DNA from: an uncultured Gammaproteobacteria bacterium
GTDB taxonomy: Bacteria; Patescibacteriota; Patescibacteriia; Patescibacteriales; WJLG01
Direction: 5' to 3'
Assembly: GCA_964547855.1 (NCBI GenBank)
Contig: CAZJPG010000001.1
Location: 1,337-65,336, forward strand
DNA: 64,000 nucleotides
Made by a program: the position numbers and the translations under genes. This document shows, piece by piece, positions 46,201-51,096 of this stretch (positions are counted from its first letter, which is position 1; every line of letters starts with the position of its first letter). Under the pieces are notes generated by a model. That model was not told the origin of the DNA. It ran no database searches and worked only from the letters and a program-made list of their open reading frames with translations.

Positions 46201-48521
46201 CTTTCATAATCCCAAGAAGCATTCCACCATGGGTCGAGAAGTCCATAACCATTATTCGAACCGATCGTCTCGACATAGAATTCACCGCTCGAACCCTTAG
46301 GGAACTCTATTCTCATCTTAAAGAACTTGGTCTCTCCAGGTTTTATAGAATAAGCCTCTTCGTTAGTGCTTTTCTTGGCCACAAAACTGCCTTCGACTTT
46401 TTTCTTTTTAGGGCCTATGCCAAATATCTTTTTTAAGATATTACGACGATCGGCTAATTTGCCGTTCTTCAATTCATTCTTATCCCAATAGTCGCTGACC
46501 GAAACATCGTTCGTGCTTCCAATTTTGTCGTTCTCGACAAAACATGTCAGACCGCCATCCTCCAAATGCAAGCAACGGCGCTCATCTTTATCGTCCTCAC
46601 AAACATAACTGTTGTTTTCAGTAGTGGTCGATACAGAGATCCAACTACTGGAGCAATGATAAAAAGTATTACCGAATAAAGGTCTGCTAACGACCTCATT
46701 CATTCTCCTGAAACTCTCCAAAGACACCACATCGCCAGTACCATTTGGGAAATAGGCTTGCAAACCGAATTTTTCATCTTCATCTCCAGAGTTGGTGACG
46801 CTTAAATAAACATCAGTTTGAGACAAGCCAATATAATTGGCTCGATCGGTCTTTATGATGAGTGTTTCGTTGCTGTTATCGTCGCTATATTGAAAATCGA
46901 TCGTCTTATCACCGATCTCCAATTCATCCTGATCATAAAAGCTCTTCTCGCCAAAATCACCCATCTCATCTTTAAACTCCTCCTCGCCCTTAACGTCGCC
47001 TTTAACCGCATAATCGACTTCTAGCCAAACCGAATCGAGCAAAACCTTCACGCCGCCAGCGGAAAGATCTGTGGAAGTCGAAATAGATGGATTGAGGTAA
47101 CTAACCCTAACTCTCAAAGAGCTTATATCTCTCCAGGACTGAAACACTGGAAGGGCGTAGAGAAAATATCCATCATTGGAAGCATCTGACGCTTCCCTGA
47201 AAAGAGGCAGGCGCCCAGCCTCTTCCCAAGAAGTGGAATTACCCAGAGAATATTCGATCAAAAGCTCATCGTCGTTGAAGTTGCTGGCGGCGGCCAAAGA
47301 TAAGCGCAATTGAGCGTTAAGTATCTCATTTTTTTCCAACGGTTTGTCGACAACGAAGTCGGTAAAGGTCACGGAATCCTTTAAACCAGCATAAGGTTCC
47401 TCGATCATAACAACCTTATCACCAGAAGCGGTTTCGGCAACGACATTGTTTCCCAATAATTCATCGGCCGTCGACGTTACGTTTTCATCGCTATTTTCTA
47501 CCACATCAGCAACTATTTGATCGTCAGCACCAATCTCTTGCGCCAAGGCTTGCCCAGGTCCATAGAGTCTGGCAAAAAGAGCTGCCGTATTAAATCTAAA
47601 ATCATCCCAAAAGCTAACATCGCCAGATGCTTGGCTGCTTGACTCACCAGAATCAGACGACTGGGAGCTATCAGAAGATGGAGACGCAGATTGTGAATCA
47701 CTGGAAGAATCGGACGAAGAATCGTTTGAAGGAGATGAACTTTCTGCTGGTGCGGCAGAAGACCCTGAATCTTCTACAGGACTTTGGGAATTTTCGAAGC
47801 TCGTCGACGAATCGTTCGTCGAAGCGTCCTCATTGGAATCTTGAGCAGCTGATTCGTCAATATTGGCATCAGCACCCTGCTCCTGATCTTCAGAGGAATT
47901 GGAATTATTTATCACATCAGAAGAATCGCTATTTTCTTCTTCGCTGATATTTTGGTCTTCATTGGAAACATCTTGCCCATCAGTGTTTTCGACAACCGGA
48001 TCTATTGGTTCGCCAGATTCAATGACAACAGCCCCGCTATCGCCATCAACCACATCGTCGCTCTCTTGTCCCTGATCAGCGTCGGCTTGCTCGTCGTTGT
48101 TCTGATCACCAGAGGACTCTGTTTCTAAATCTTCCGCTCCAGCCCCAGAAGAGCCGCCACCGATCGTTTCGGTATTATCTTCCGGCTCAAAGATGACGCC
48201 GGACAAAGCCTGAAAATTACCGAACGACAAAGAAGCCGACCAGTCGACTTTGAAATCAGAAAGAGAGGCACCTGGCATAGCTTCGACGATCTTTGTTCTG
48301 TCGATGTCGGCCCAAAGAGAAGAAGTCCCCAAAGCATCAAAGCCTGAATCGCTGGCATTGGTATAAGACCCCACGGAATGAGGGAAAACACTCACCCTCT
48401 CTTCAGAGGCTCTAACCGCGACATCGGTTCTAAAATGGGAAAAAATAAAAACCAGGACCAATGTCAAAATGGCCACCTTAGGGATTGGATGCGAAATGAT
48501 TTTTCCTATCGTTTTTGACAT
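31296..48521 (-). CDS. giant (5,741-aa) secreted modular surface protein: acidic Ser/Asp-rich N-region, about 7 DUF2341-like, several LamG-like and 5 FN3 modules, plus the shared C-terminal module
   Basis: One uninterrupted ORF with ATG after AAAAGGA and an N-terminal signal anchor. DUF2341 signature: WDYERPINITY...DDIRFADS...TKIWVKIPSINGNKTIYMYYGN. LamG signature: FNGRIDEVRIYPGVRSPEWVSTEYNNQ. FN3 signature: NFRVDTxxPTAPG...FAEYKIFY...GTxYxFxIWAYDxxGN. Confidence 0.9.
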   Translation of the reverse strand: MSKTIGKIISHPIPKVAILTLVLVFIFSHFRTDVAVRASEERVSVFPHSVGSYTNASDSGFDALGTSSLWADIDRTKIVEAMPGASLSDFKVDWSASLSFGNFQALSGVIFEPEDNTETIGGGSSGAGAEDLETESSGDQNNDEQADADQGQESDDVVDGDSGAVVIESGEPIDPVVENTDGQDVSNEDQNISEEENSDSSDVINNSNSSEDQEQGADANIDESAAQDSNEDASTNDSSTSFENSQSPVEDSGSSAAPAESSSPSNDSSSDSSSDSQSASPSSDSSQSSDSGESSSQASGDVSFWDDFRFNTAALFARLYGPGQALAQEIGADDQIVADVVENSDENVTSTADELLGNNVVAETASGDKVVMIEEPYAGLKDSVTFTDFVVDKPLEKNEILNAQLRLSLAAASNFNDDELLIEYSLGNSTSWEEAGRLPLFREASDASNDGYFLYALPVFQSWRDISSLRVRVSYLNPSISTSTDLSAGGVKVLLDSVWLEVDYAVKGDVKGEEEFKDEMGDFGEKSFYDQDELEIGDKTIDFQYSDDNSNETLIIKTDRANYIGLSQTDVYLSVTNSGDEDEKFGLQAYFPNGTGDVVSLESFRRMNEVVSRPLFGNTFYHCSSSWISVSTTTENNSYVCEDDKDERRCLHLEDGGLTCFVENDKIGSTNDVSVSDYWDKNELKNGKLADRRNILKKIFGIGPKKKKVEGSFVAKKSTNEEAYSIKPGETKFFKMRIEFPKGSSGEFYVETIGSNNGYGLLDPWWNASWDYERPINITYSGSALTDYQVSISVDTASLISAGKMQSDCDDIRFADSNRWSVGNELSYYLEPGSCGRANTKIWVKIPSINGNKTIYMYYGNAAAVGASSGSDTFVYFQGFESNNDFNTGSLTVNRKGVAAKNGSYGLSSTVTGGSNRIAVRDGVNSGRNLIWESNVQALSSSTVPLPGIQIAHPNGNNDTSGYTAYLDTRGGIDLGIRKDYDSGQILASYSSYTVSIGQWYFLRFDWRKDGLLSAYLYQNSTSTTALAYCSTTDLSYSDGEYGVAAQDYDYWDNYRIRKMATSSINTSLASEILIANHPPTDPTSLFQYQVNTSTALSNGEWANSQNIYLSATSTDKDGDDATIYYQLVTTSTSFATATSVPGVYCYSGTAFDSCSSKIWSNRGSFLSNWYDPDFLFRSKITILSSKVDSDLNDFPVFIDLARLGSSNSFWQSVRSANGGDLVVTNSVGQRLPLEVVGFSTSTKSGQIYFKADALYDLTDTDFYLYYGSSTASQPASTTEYGSRNVWSGYGGVWHLDYNGTGAQGDWRDSTANSNYSSTTASAPTRVAGPLGYGQQFNGTNNVIRFEKSSSMEPAGDFTLSAWVWWGNQTSAWSKPVHYGQDGIAPYGAYMFQINNADESQTQFQVGKSTWEAITATNFATGTWSYMTGVYDFYSDSILYINGVNRANTSAGINTPTVYDNYGLSFGANGNAAGSWFNGRIDEVRIYPGVRSPEWVSTEYNNQVNVGAFISTSSQETISWYDTEYPYRVKLKANSSQVDADLANFPVYIDLSHLGVNSGFWSHTKKDSSGGDLLITDVRGNRLPLEIVSISTSTKTGEVYFKASSLKDTVNTDFYLYYGSSTATQPASTTAYGARAVWTNGFEAVWHLSSITSIKDSTGNAHNGTYYGNPTNYATGKLGGSIAFDGAGDYIDMGVFGSNTIDFGNSNFTASFWVRPTDTTAGALMSKGTNDTTWSSNEKQFFFTNNAGAAGNGLIPILVGYACDWQSATAGNTVTSGSWNNLVYSRVDSSNTKAIYINNTSVPLTGNYNTSNTADTNTWNLYLGRRISTDVNPNEDFNGDMDEVRLSSSTRSATWLSTEYKNQNAPASFLSTSTEENYTSYVSDSVNITSVPESGNGYKWQAISCDSKNSCSMWVPFNTTVPNFRVDTISPTAPGDLSINRRNETSLVLSFGATTTESNFAEYKIYWKAGSSGVTESDNLLGSSSDASLGNILFDGKATTTINGLSAGTQYVFRIWAYDAYGHGTPSLSELTVTTAGYPRDPEDLAQYRHTSIQIDNGGWSDSSTVNLSASSTADDVYFQLVPIASAFNTTTTTPPIACAYNVSYSDCAGKIWKNSLSWYDNDFLYRAKITTQSSFVNADLTNFPISVDLSVLGSSHSFWNHVKSNGGDIIITNSSGTRLPVEVVSVDTSAKTGEVHFKADLIENSTSTDFYLYYGSSTASQPASSSAYGVYSVWSKPFGAVYHFENGSLKNSASSSWNGVNYGATVGVGVLGDGLTCDGATQYAVITDSAAIRSPFEDNSAGFTVSAWGKQGLGTEAGYMLHKDVTGWRLWQRSTNIQFGVRNNANATWLNLSTTTAQTAGVWYSLAATMNNTQTSQNFYIDNHTALNAVIAARPFDNISNDLTLCANVGGGTNWPGTIDELRVARTERSSTWLSTQYNNLSSPKTFFATSSETIRSSVSVNSIPLSGIPDSSTGYKWQALACNSDGCSDWVGFNASTPNFVVDTTKPTNPGSLTFDSKSPNSITINFGSASTEANFAEYKIFYRADTSGVSESDMLWSSSSDSNLSSRTYSGIGSTTITGLSGNTNYVFNIWAYDLAGNKASGTVELSARTSYLVSNPTDLNQWKGATIMPNGFWTNSSTVGFTATSSGAQGVVSMYYQVIGTTSSFTTSTSTPQSFCNSGTSYAGCASKIWRSGVNWADHSFPYRVKLTAQASQVDGDLTYYPLYFDMSHLGPNNNIWTKMREDGGDLLVANASGTRLPLEVVSVSTSSKTGEIYFRADLVENSTSTDFYLYYGSSTASQPAATATYGSRAVWSNEYVTVWHFNQTSGSLLDSASGNTGAFNGDLPDPRSTRFGYSHHFDGTGDYVQTDSAQLDSTAIANYTVSLWFDADSTVSSMLIWEGDVSQNGWGTGQEMHMSLGYTTNPNYIGMYFGDTEANSVITYNAFTDTTSWHYAAATFSNLNTAPTGSFYLDGGFVASDSGTAVTRGWDTAMRFGRPGTSERYFTGYMDEVRISSTTRSSTWISTEYKNMNNNAAFFSTSSSEFLGASSLAYVTNIPDSADGYRWQTLVCNEDGCSKNWAVFNASTPNFRVDTVAPSVPGSMTVDSKNPTDVTLNLGATSYDANFAEYKIFYKANTAGVTEANSLWGSSSDADLLAMNFNGSASTTVLNLSASTTYYFNIWAYDLAGNSAKAVTETSTTTSGGLFNPTSLAQYRYATSTDLINGDWTNSSTVSFYATSSNSGGETYLYYQVISNGSSFSTATSTPANPCFTNTTYNSCSSKIWKNAEPSWWNTDWKYRRKINFGTNHSLLPAGYTASTTMDTRTGSTNVSLSSGDDVRVVWQLAGGTPTEIDRIGSVWNNASTNIQFRLQTDIATSSNEAALGSYYIYYNNPLAGLPKASSSNVFYEYDDFNNSSIGSEWSLADNDGTAGTTFTETSTLRIHANGSDVWIAPDDYFGAIYRTVPGNFDATLRIIAQGNPNGWAKAGIMVKNNLPLTQSNNGYAIMVVTPSNDFAEQWDSDGDGYLDDYNGAGATAYPDCVRLVKNDGVFQGYYSADCATFTSMPTFQPVGVNHTQNLGIFTSSHANGTLSDVWYDWIKVTLTTSDKEETSLSNEEERGAIDKAIVVKSFPESSTGYKWQAIACNQYACSGWEQFNASTPNFRVDTIKPTAPGNLTLISRRSSSLTLGFGSASTEANFQEYKIFYVQGATIPTEGSILYGSSSEPRLGSRTYSNGTSTVISGLLPNTEYTFNIWAYDQSGQKASATAVTFQTSNTVTETYVYTTGVTSGWIDSPYAWDVVDNTYAYRLVPGNSANDSGNYLLGTANNAPASTKTIFGVELGIEGYTNGPDFVDYKIIPIFSGINWGATSTIDGTNFGSVDGDGTYYVDITDDSNAPVSWTWNDIINLDARVHALNSSTTDITAYVDQIRLRVSVDSYPELAENLSQSLVNGTTTLPANYWSNQDSVVLYAEARDPDTAEMPTVFFQFVPTSTAYITTTTAPVGACISGTAYNSCASKVWLVNYVGAPSDFSATPFIATSSVTGIPDGSYHWQALVCDDDDICSASWVNFSSATSTHLRVDTTPPTAPGWLSYVSNTSGSITVGFGTSTVETNFYRYRIFYTKSSTTAVTEYDSEYSDTNLLAIDFNGASTGTVAGLAKSSDYTFNIWAYDRAGNKASATPMMISSTTAGYVINQTSYLIENDDGASVNLNTSPGLADVPLNNMEKGQRFVARFQIENVGTDQTYNKRYKVQFENNTDAPGVWVDVGGSTAISYSYGLSGANGDALTGRKCAVNGNAWANGLWQEGTNLSNNYNLPLNTYSELAFALQTVNTIAGKTYRLRLIDGTGSSTFDGYTVYPTLTINGSASRKYSKNNPSSLPSNNNDLTYFLDNPGYTAVSVDDSSYDTMTATPAYTIYNFATKHKDHNYAVTANWNGQSSLAPSSNPVYLQVYHFGSTNSWVTVSYNNSAAANTDFTLTGSVGYKMNEYYDTNGYVYWRVYQTTGSATLRTDQYYVSTSTMVSSIGQKHYRWRNDNGYVGQESWYDNDYLYRKEMVLDPDKIPGTASLSNFPVLIAFTDTDLRGTSSGGYVQGSFGWDIIFTNASGTQVKMDHQIEKYDRTTGELVAWVEVPNLYAEKDTQLFIYYGNATTSSSQANNAGTWNSNYKAVWHLDEAGASTTRLDSTSNANNASTEGYDGDEDGSTNIDGTDDFDGTNDHLSVVDANSLDMTGNFTASGWFNPDTTAKPLAFETGGYARYQIAGMYWTSTGGTDITPSGGFSPAAINPYAGALYGQSTWATGGFWKVIDTSLASVYTGTQYTVNFANTDLWNGTADNAESYLVTYIYSPREKQVTFSCGSDDSRVIWINGHQVHFESAAQAMVVDDQSFNYTVKQGWNTFVMFVSNGAADYQAQWRISSTTEGMRYTSNPRILIDKQEYQVSLKAGYLSAFYGTSTVDYSVASTSWQYFTLTGDTSGLNLYLGGSSRASTTFSSGPSANTLPLRIGYLFDGKMDEVRLMSSKATKDWVMANYNSQASIGVGSGKFIKSITPQQTEYNNIATWREAEDTGDPTTGTYITKNNNIRLRLSVANTSGGTASGYRFGLQYASTSINCSTGIGDWHDVPVSATTEHFEMSASSYINNGEPTSQEFSDSEGYYFITGSAVEDPSTSSAQSTLKEDQYTELEWVLNANDNAGEGATYCFRAVDSSGSLLDYYDRYAELTLAGNTNTAPTFTYLPSDGGSATSTPTLNGTNVTFSAMATDAQLNEYYLAVCKTDQIITGNGTAPTCAGGAYCISGLASSSDWASCSYAVSTSTESLDWYAFACDLKWGAGVSKCSTVSQGESPQEASSSPVKVNHRPTYTALSTTVNFRDPGGTFTISATGADTDVDGPDDSMYFYVCRTNSATFGTGCASGQTVCSSTGLTSSNPSCDFVDTAPTPPGANTYYGYVFDSHGAASSPASRSSTYTINNVAPVLGNITLNNGNPITVNIKGAADKQVQIIGASVTDQNGCQSLVSATGVIYLSSVSGGYNCSSNGNNCYPISTANCVVSNCTGADDYVATYTCTANMKFYAIPTDDSTNNPWEADNWLSRLQVYDGSNYSATSSAGVELNTNSALDITENLIDFGSGMGPGDNTGATNQEVTIVNNGNSPLNGDLDGSSLRNAINSYISANNVEWSLTSGFNYSSGNPLSPIPVLVNLALGKPISDTDVTDNIYWGIGLPATTTAGTFEGSTTLSAALDDLDW
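34800..46215 (-). repeat. intragenic protein-module repeats within the giant gene
   Basis: The junction SWYDxD[FY]x[YF]R is decoded at about 45000, 43945, 42150 and 34880, with variants at about 40405 and 38630. The first DUF2341 module starts near 46210. FN3 junctions (NF[RV]VDTxxPxxPG) lie at about 42745, 41010, 39240, 37525 and 36270, with a central period of ~1.75 kb. Confidence 0.75.
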
Positions 48522-48582
48522 TCCTTTTTGGCTCTAAAAACCTTATATTATCGCCCAAAAAGCGTATGTTGATTACCTCTAA

Positions 48583-48591
48583 ATTATATCA
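48583..48591 (-). promoter_or_regulatory. extended -10 element TGATATAAT upstream of the giant gene
   Basis: Minus read ctgTGATATAATttagagg, ~60 nt upstream of ATG 48521 and just downstream of the terminator. Confidence 0.45.
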
Positions 48592-48605
48592 CAGAGTATA
48601 TATAT

Positions 48606-48636
48606 TAAAAAAGAATAGGACCCCTCTTGGGCCCTA
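48606..48636 (-). terminator. rho-independent terminator of the 614-aa cohesin-like gene
   Basis: Minus read AGGGCCCaagaGGGTCCTATTCTTTTTT. The stem is 7 bp with one G-U pair. Confidence 0.6.
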
Positions 48637-48676
48637 CTCTTTCTTGGCTATTTTAAGCTATTTTTTAACCTCGTTT

Positions 48677-50488
48677 TTATTCTATCTCTTTTTCCACATC
48701 CTTTACCTCCTTACTTAAGAATTCTTGAGAAATATCAAGGGCTTCATTGATCTTCTCCTTGACTCGTTTTTCAGAATCAGAGAGACCTGGTTTCTTGTCG
48801 GCGACCTCCATGAGCTCGTTGACCTCCTCTTTCAAAGCAGAGAAAATCTCATTAAGACGACGCTCTAATTCGTGCGATTCACGAATAGCGCGATTCCTTT
48901 GTAAACGATTTACGTGACGTAAGTAGAATATGAAAACTATCAAAGAGACAATGATCATCAACAAGCCGAACACTATCCACCAACCATAAGCACAAACAAT
49001 GGATTTAGCTTGAACAGATAAAGTCTTCTTCATGCTCTCATAACTCTCTGCTCCGCGATAGTCTATGACCTTAGCCCAAACACGATAGACGCCTCTGTCC
49101 AATTCATTTTTTTGGAAATATGTCCAATTACCATCTGGGTCTGTCTTGGTCTCAACCACCTTAGCGTCCTTACCATCCTTGTCGGAGTCCTTGGCTATAT
49201 AAAGCCTGATCGTTGCATCTGGATAGAACGACGTTCCTTGTATCGGCAGATCATCACCCTTATCGATGATACCTGGCATCTCTGTAATAACTGGCGCTTT
49301 TAAGGCCTCAACGATAAATTCTTTGGTCGAGCTTGAAGTATTGCCGGCTCGATCAGTAGCAGCAACGGAAATTTTATGTAATCCTGGCTTTAAAACAGGG
49401 AATACATAGGGCGACTTATCATAATCGTCGGCCATCATATCCTTCATTTCTCCATCAAGTATGAAGCGATATTTTTCCAAACCAGAAGTAGCGTCAGATG
49501 TCTGGAATGACAGTCTTGGAGTCGGGTTAGTCTTATCTCCTTCATCATCAACAGAGACCATGACATCCTCCGGAGGAGTAACATCTACTAAGGTTCTAAA
49601 ATGCGTCGTTGGTCCCCAACCATTTTTATTTTGGAATTTAATATGAAAATAATTCTCTCCGTCAGGAACGTTTTCGAATTTCTTTAACTCGACTATACCG
49701 TCTGATTTGTTTCCCGGATCAGAACTACTTGAAGTGTCTAAAAGAAAGCTAACACTTGAAACATCAGCTAAAAGTTTCCAATCGTATTCTGGACTAGAAT
49801 TGCTATACCAAACTCCCTCTTCCGGGTGAGTTGAAGATTTTACCTTTGGCGGAGGAGGTATTATTCCAGAATTAGCCTCCGTTGGCTTAGTCTCTGTCGT
49901 TGGTTTATTTTCTGTCGTTGGCTTAGTCGTCGGCTTAGTCTCTGGTTTTTGTTCGACCGGTTTTTCGGATATGGTTATTTTGGCCTGTGATGTACCAGAA
50001 AGCACATTAGTCCCTTGCCCATCAGCCGCTAAAACGCTAGCTGCGGAGAATTTGACGACCGCCTCGCCCGCTTTCAGTGCGGTGAAGTTTATGGTCATCA
50101 AAGTTCCGGCCGTACCGGTATACGCCGGCGGAGTCTTGCCTCCGGAATAATTGGCAGTTCCATTAGTGTTGGAAACAGGACTTGCTTGGCCTGGTTCAAC
50201 TGGATAAGTCGGGTCGGTTTGCCACATATTAAAAATGGATCCACTAGTTGTAACACTTTTAATGGCAAGCAAATTTTTGTCGAAAGTGATGGTGGCGTCG
50301 GAAGCATTGATGCCTTGTCCTCCTCCGGAATTGACCATGACCTTGATGCTGAAATTGTCGCCGACATTCTTAGCGGACGATGATGGGGAAAACGACAAAG
50401 ACGCACCAGCCGCTTGGACCGCGCTCAATGGTGCAATCAATAAACAACAAAAAAATATTGCTAAAACAAGAGTCGAAACTCTTTTCAT
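48677..50488 (-). CDS. cohesin-like domain surface protein with C-terminal TM anchor and coiled-coil tail (paralogue of 18501..20261)
   Basis: The track start 50521 lies inside hsp20. ATG 50488 gives the canonical signal peptide MKRVSTLVLAIFFCCLLIAPLSAVQAAG. The domain reads SLSFSPSSSAKNVGDNFSIKVMVNSGGGQGINASDATITFDKNLLAI...VLAADGQGTNVL. A TKP-rich linker, a TM, and a tail ending EVKDVEKEIE follow. Confidence 0.6.
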   Translation of the reverse strand: MKRVSTLVLAIFFCCLLIAPLSAVQAAGASLSFSPSSSAKNVGDNFSIKVMVNSGGGQGINASDATITFDKNLLAIKSVTTSGSIFNMWQTDPTYPVEPGQASPVSNTNGTANYSGGKTPPAYTGTAGTLMTINFTALKAGEAVVKFSAASVLAADGQGTNVLSGTSQAKITISEKPVEQKPETKPTTKPTTENKPTTETKPTEANSGIIPPPPKVKSSTHPEEGVWYSNSSPEYDWKLLADVSSVSFLLDTSSSSDPGNKSDGIVELKKFENVPDGENYFHIKFQNKNGWGPTTHFRTLVDVTPPEDVMVSVDDEGDKTNPTPRLSFQTSDATSGLEKYRFILDGEMKDMMADDYDKSPYVFPVLKPGLHKISVAATDRAGNTSSSTKEFIVEALKAPVITEMPGIIDKGDDLPIQGTSFYPDATIRLYIAKDSDKDGKDAKVVETKTDPDGNWTYFQKNELDRGVYRVWAKVIDYRGAESYESMKKTLSVQAKSIVCAYGWWIVFGLLMIIVSLIVFIFYLRHVNRLQRNRAIRESHELERRLNEIFSALKEEVNELMEVADKKPGLSDSEKRVKEKINEALDISQEFLSKEVKDVEKEIE

Positions 50489-50495
50489 AAAAATT

Positions 50496-50972
50496 CTATA
50501 CCAATACATCATCCTCCTCATTCAATTTAACTTCAATCCTCTTTTTGCCTCTCGTCTGAATCCTTAATAAAGGCAATTTCAATATCAAAACACCGTTCTC
50601 CATGATCGATTCGATCTTGGAAACGTTTATTTCCTCTGGCAAAATTATTTGGCGATAGAAGTCACCCCAACGATTTTCCTGGCAAAGATATTCTTTTTCT
50701 TCATCATCCTCTCTTACGGCCTTAGGTATTTCCTTTTTGCCGGAAATCGTGATGACATCGTTCTCGCTTTCAACAAAAATATCCAGCTTGTCAATCTTAA
50801 CACCGGCTATGGGTGCATAGACGACGATTTTGGAAGAGGTGTGATAGATATCGACATCGAGTTGCAGGTGATCGCCTATGTCTTCGCGAGATGCCTGCCT
50901 CTTGGGAAGTTTAGACTCTTGTTCGATATCTATAGACTCAGTCCTCTTCTTAATTTTACTTAAGAACGACAT
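50496..50972 (-). CDS. small heat-shock protein (Hsp20/alpha-crystallin family)
   Basis: 158 aa. LDVDIYHTSSKIVVYAPIAGVKIDKLDIFVESENDVITISGKKE...FYRQIILPEEINVSKIESIMENGVLILKLP. ATG follows AAGGAGat. Confidence 0.85.
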   Translation of the reverse strand: MSFLSKIKKRTESIDIEQESKLPKRQASREDIGDHLQLDVDIYHTSSKIVVYAPIAGVKIDKLDIFVESENDVITISGKKEIPKAVREDDEEKEYLCQENRWGDFYRQIILPEEINVSKIESIMENGVLILKLPLLRIQTRGKKRIEVKLNEEDDVLV

Positions 50973-51022
50973 ATCTCCTTGTTATATGTTGAAGTTATTA
51001 ACAGTTAAATTGGTTCTTTTAA

Positions 51023-51031
51023 ATTATAACA
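51023..51031 (-). promoter_or_regulatory. extended -10 element TGTTATAAT upstream of hsp20
   Basis: Minus read tttgTGTTATAATttaaaag, in a very AT-rich 124-nt spacer. Confidence 0.45.
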
Positions 51032-51096
51032 CAAAAATAAAACAACAACAAAACAATATTTTATTTATTTCTTATTTTTTATTTTTCATTTAAAAA

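Noticed and set aside
31752-47947. Dozens of 60-150-aa plus-strand ORFs inside the giant gene, and similar antisense ORFs inside other long genes.
   Set aside because: They are shadow ORFs antisense to a continuous 17.2-kb coding frame that has clear domain signatures. They have Arg/Ser/Ile-rich nonsense composition and no RBS.
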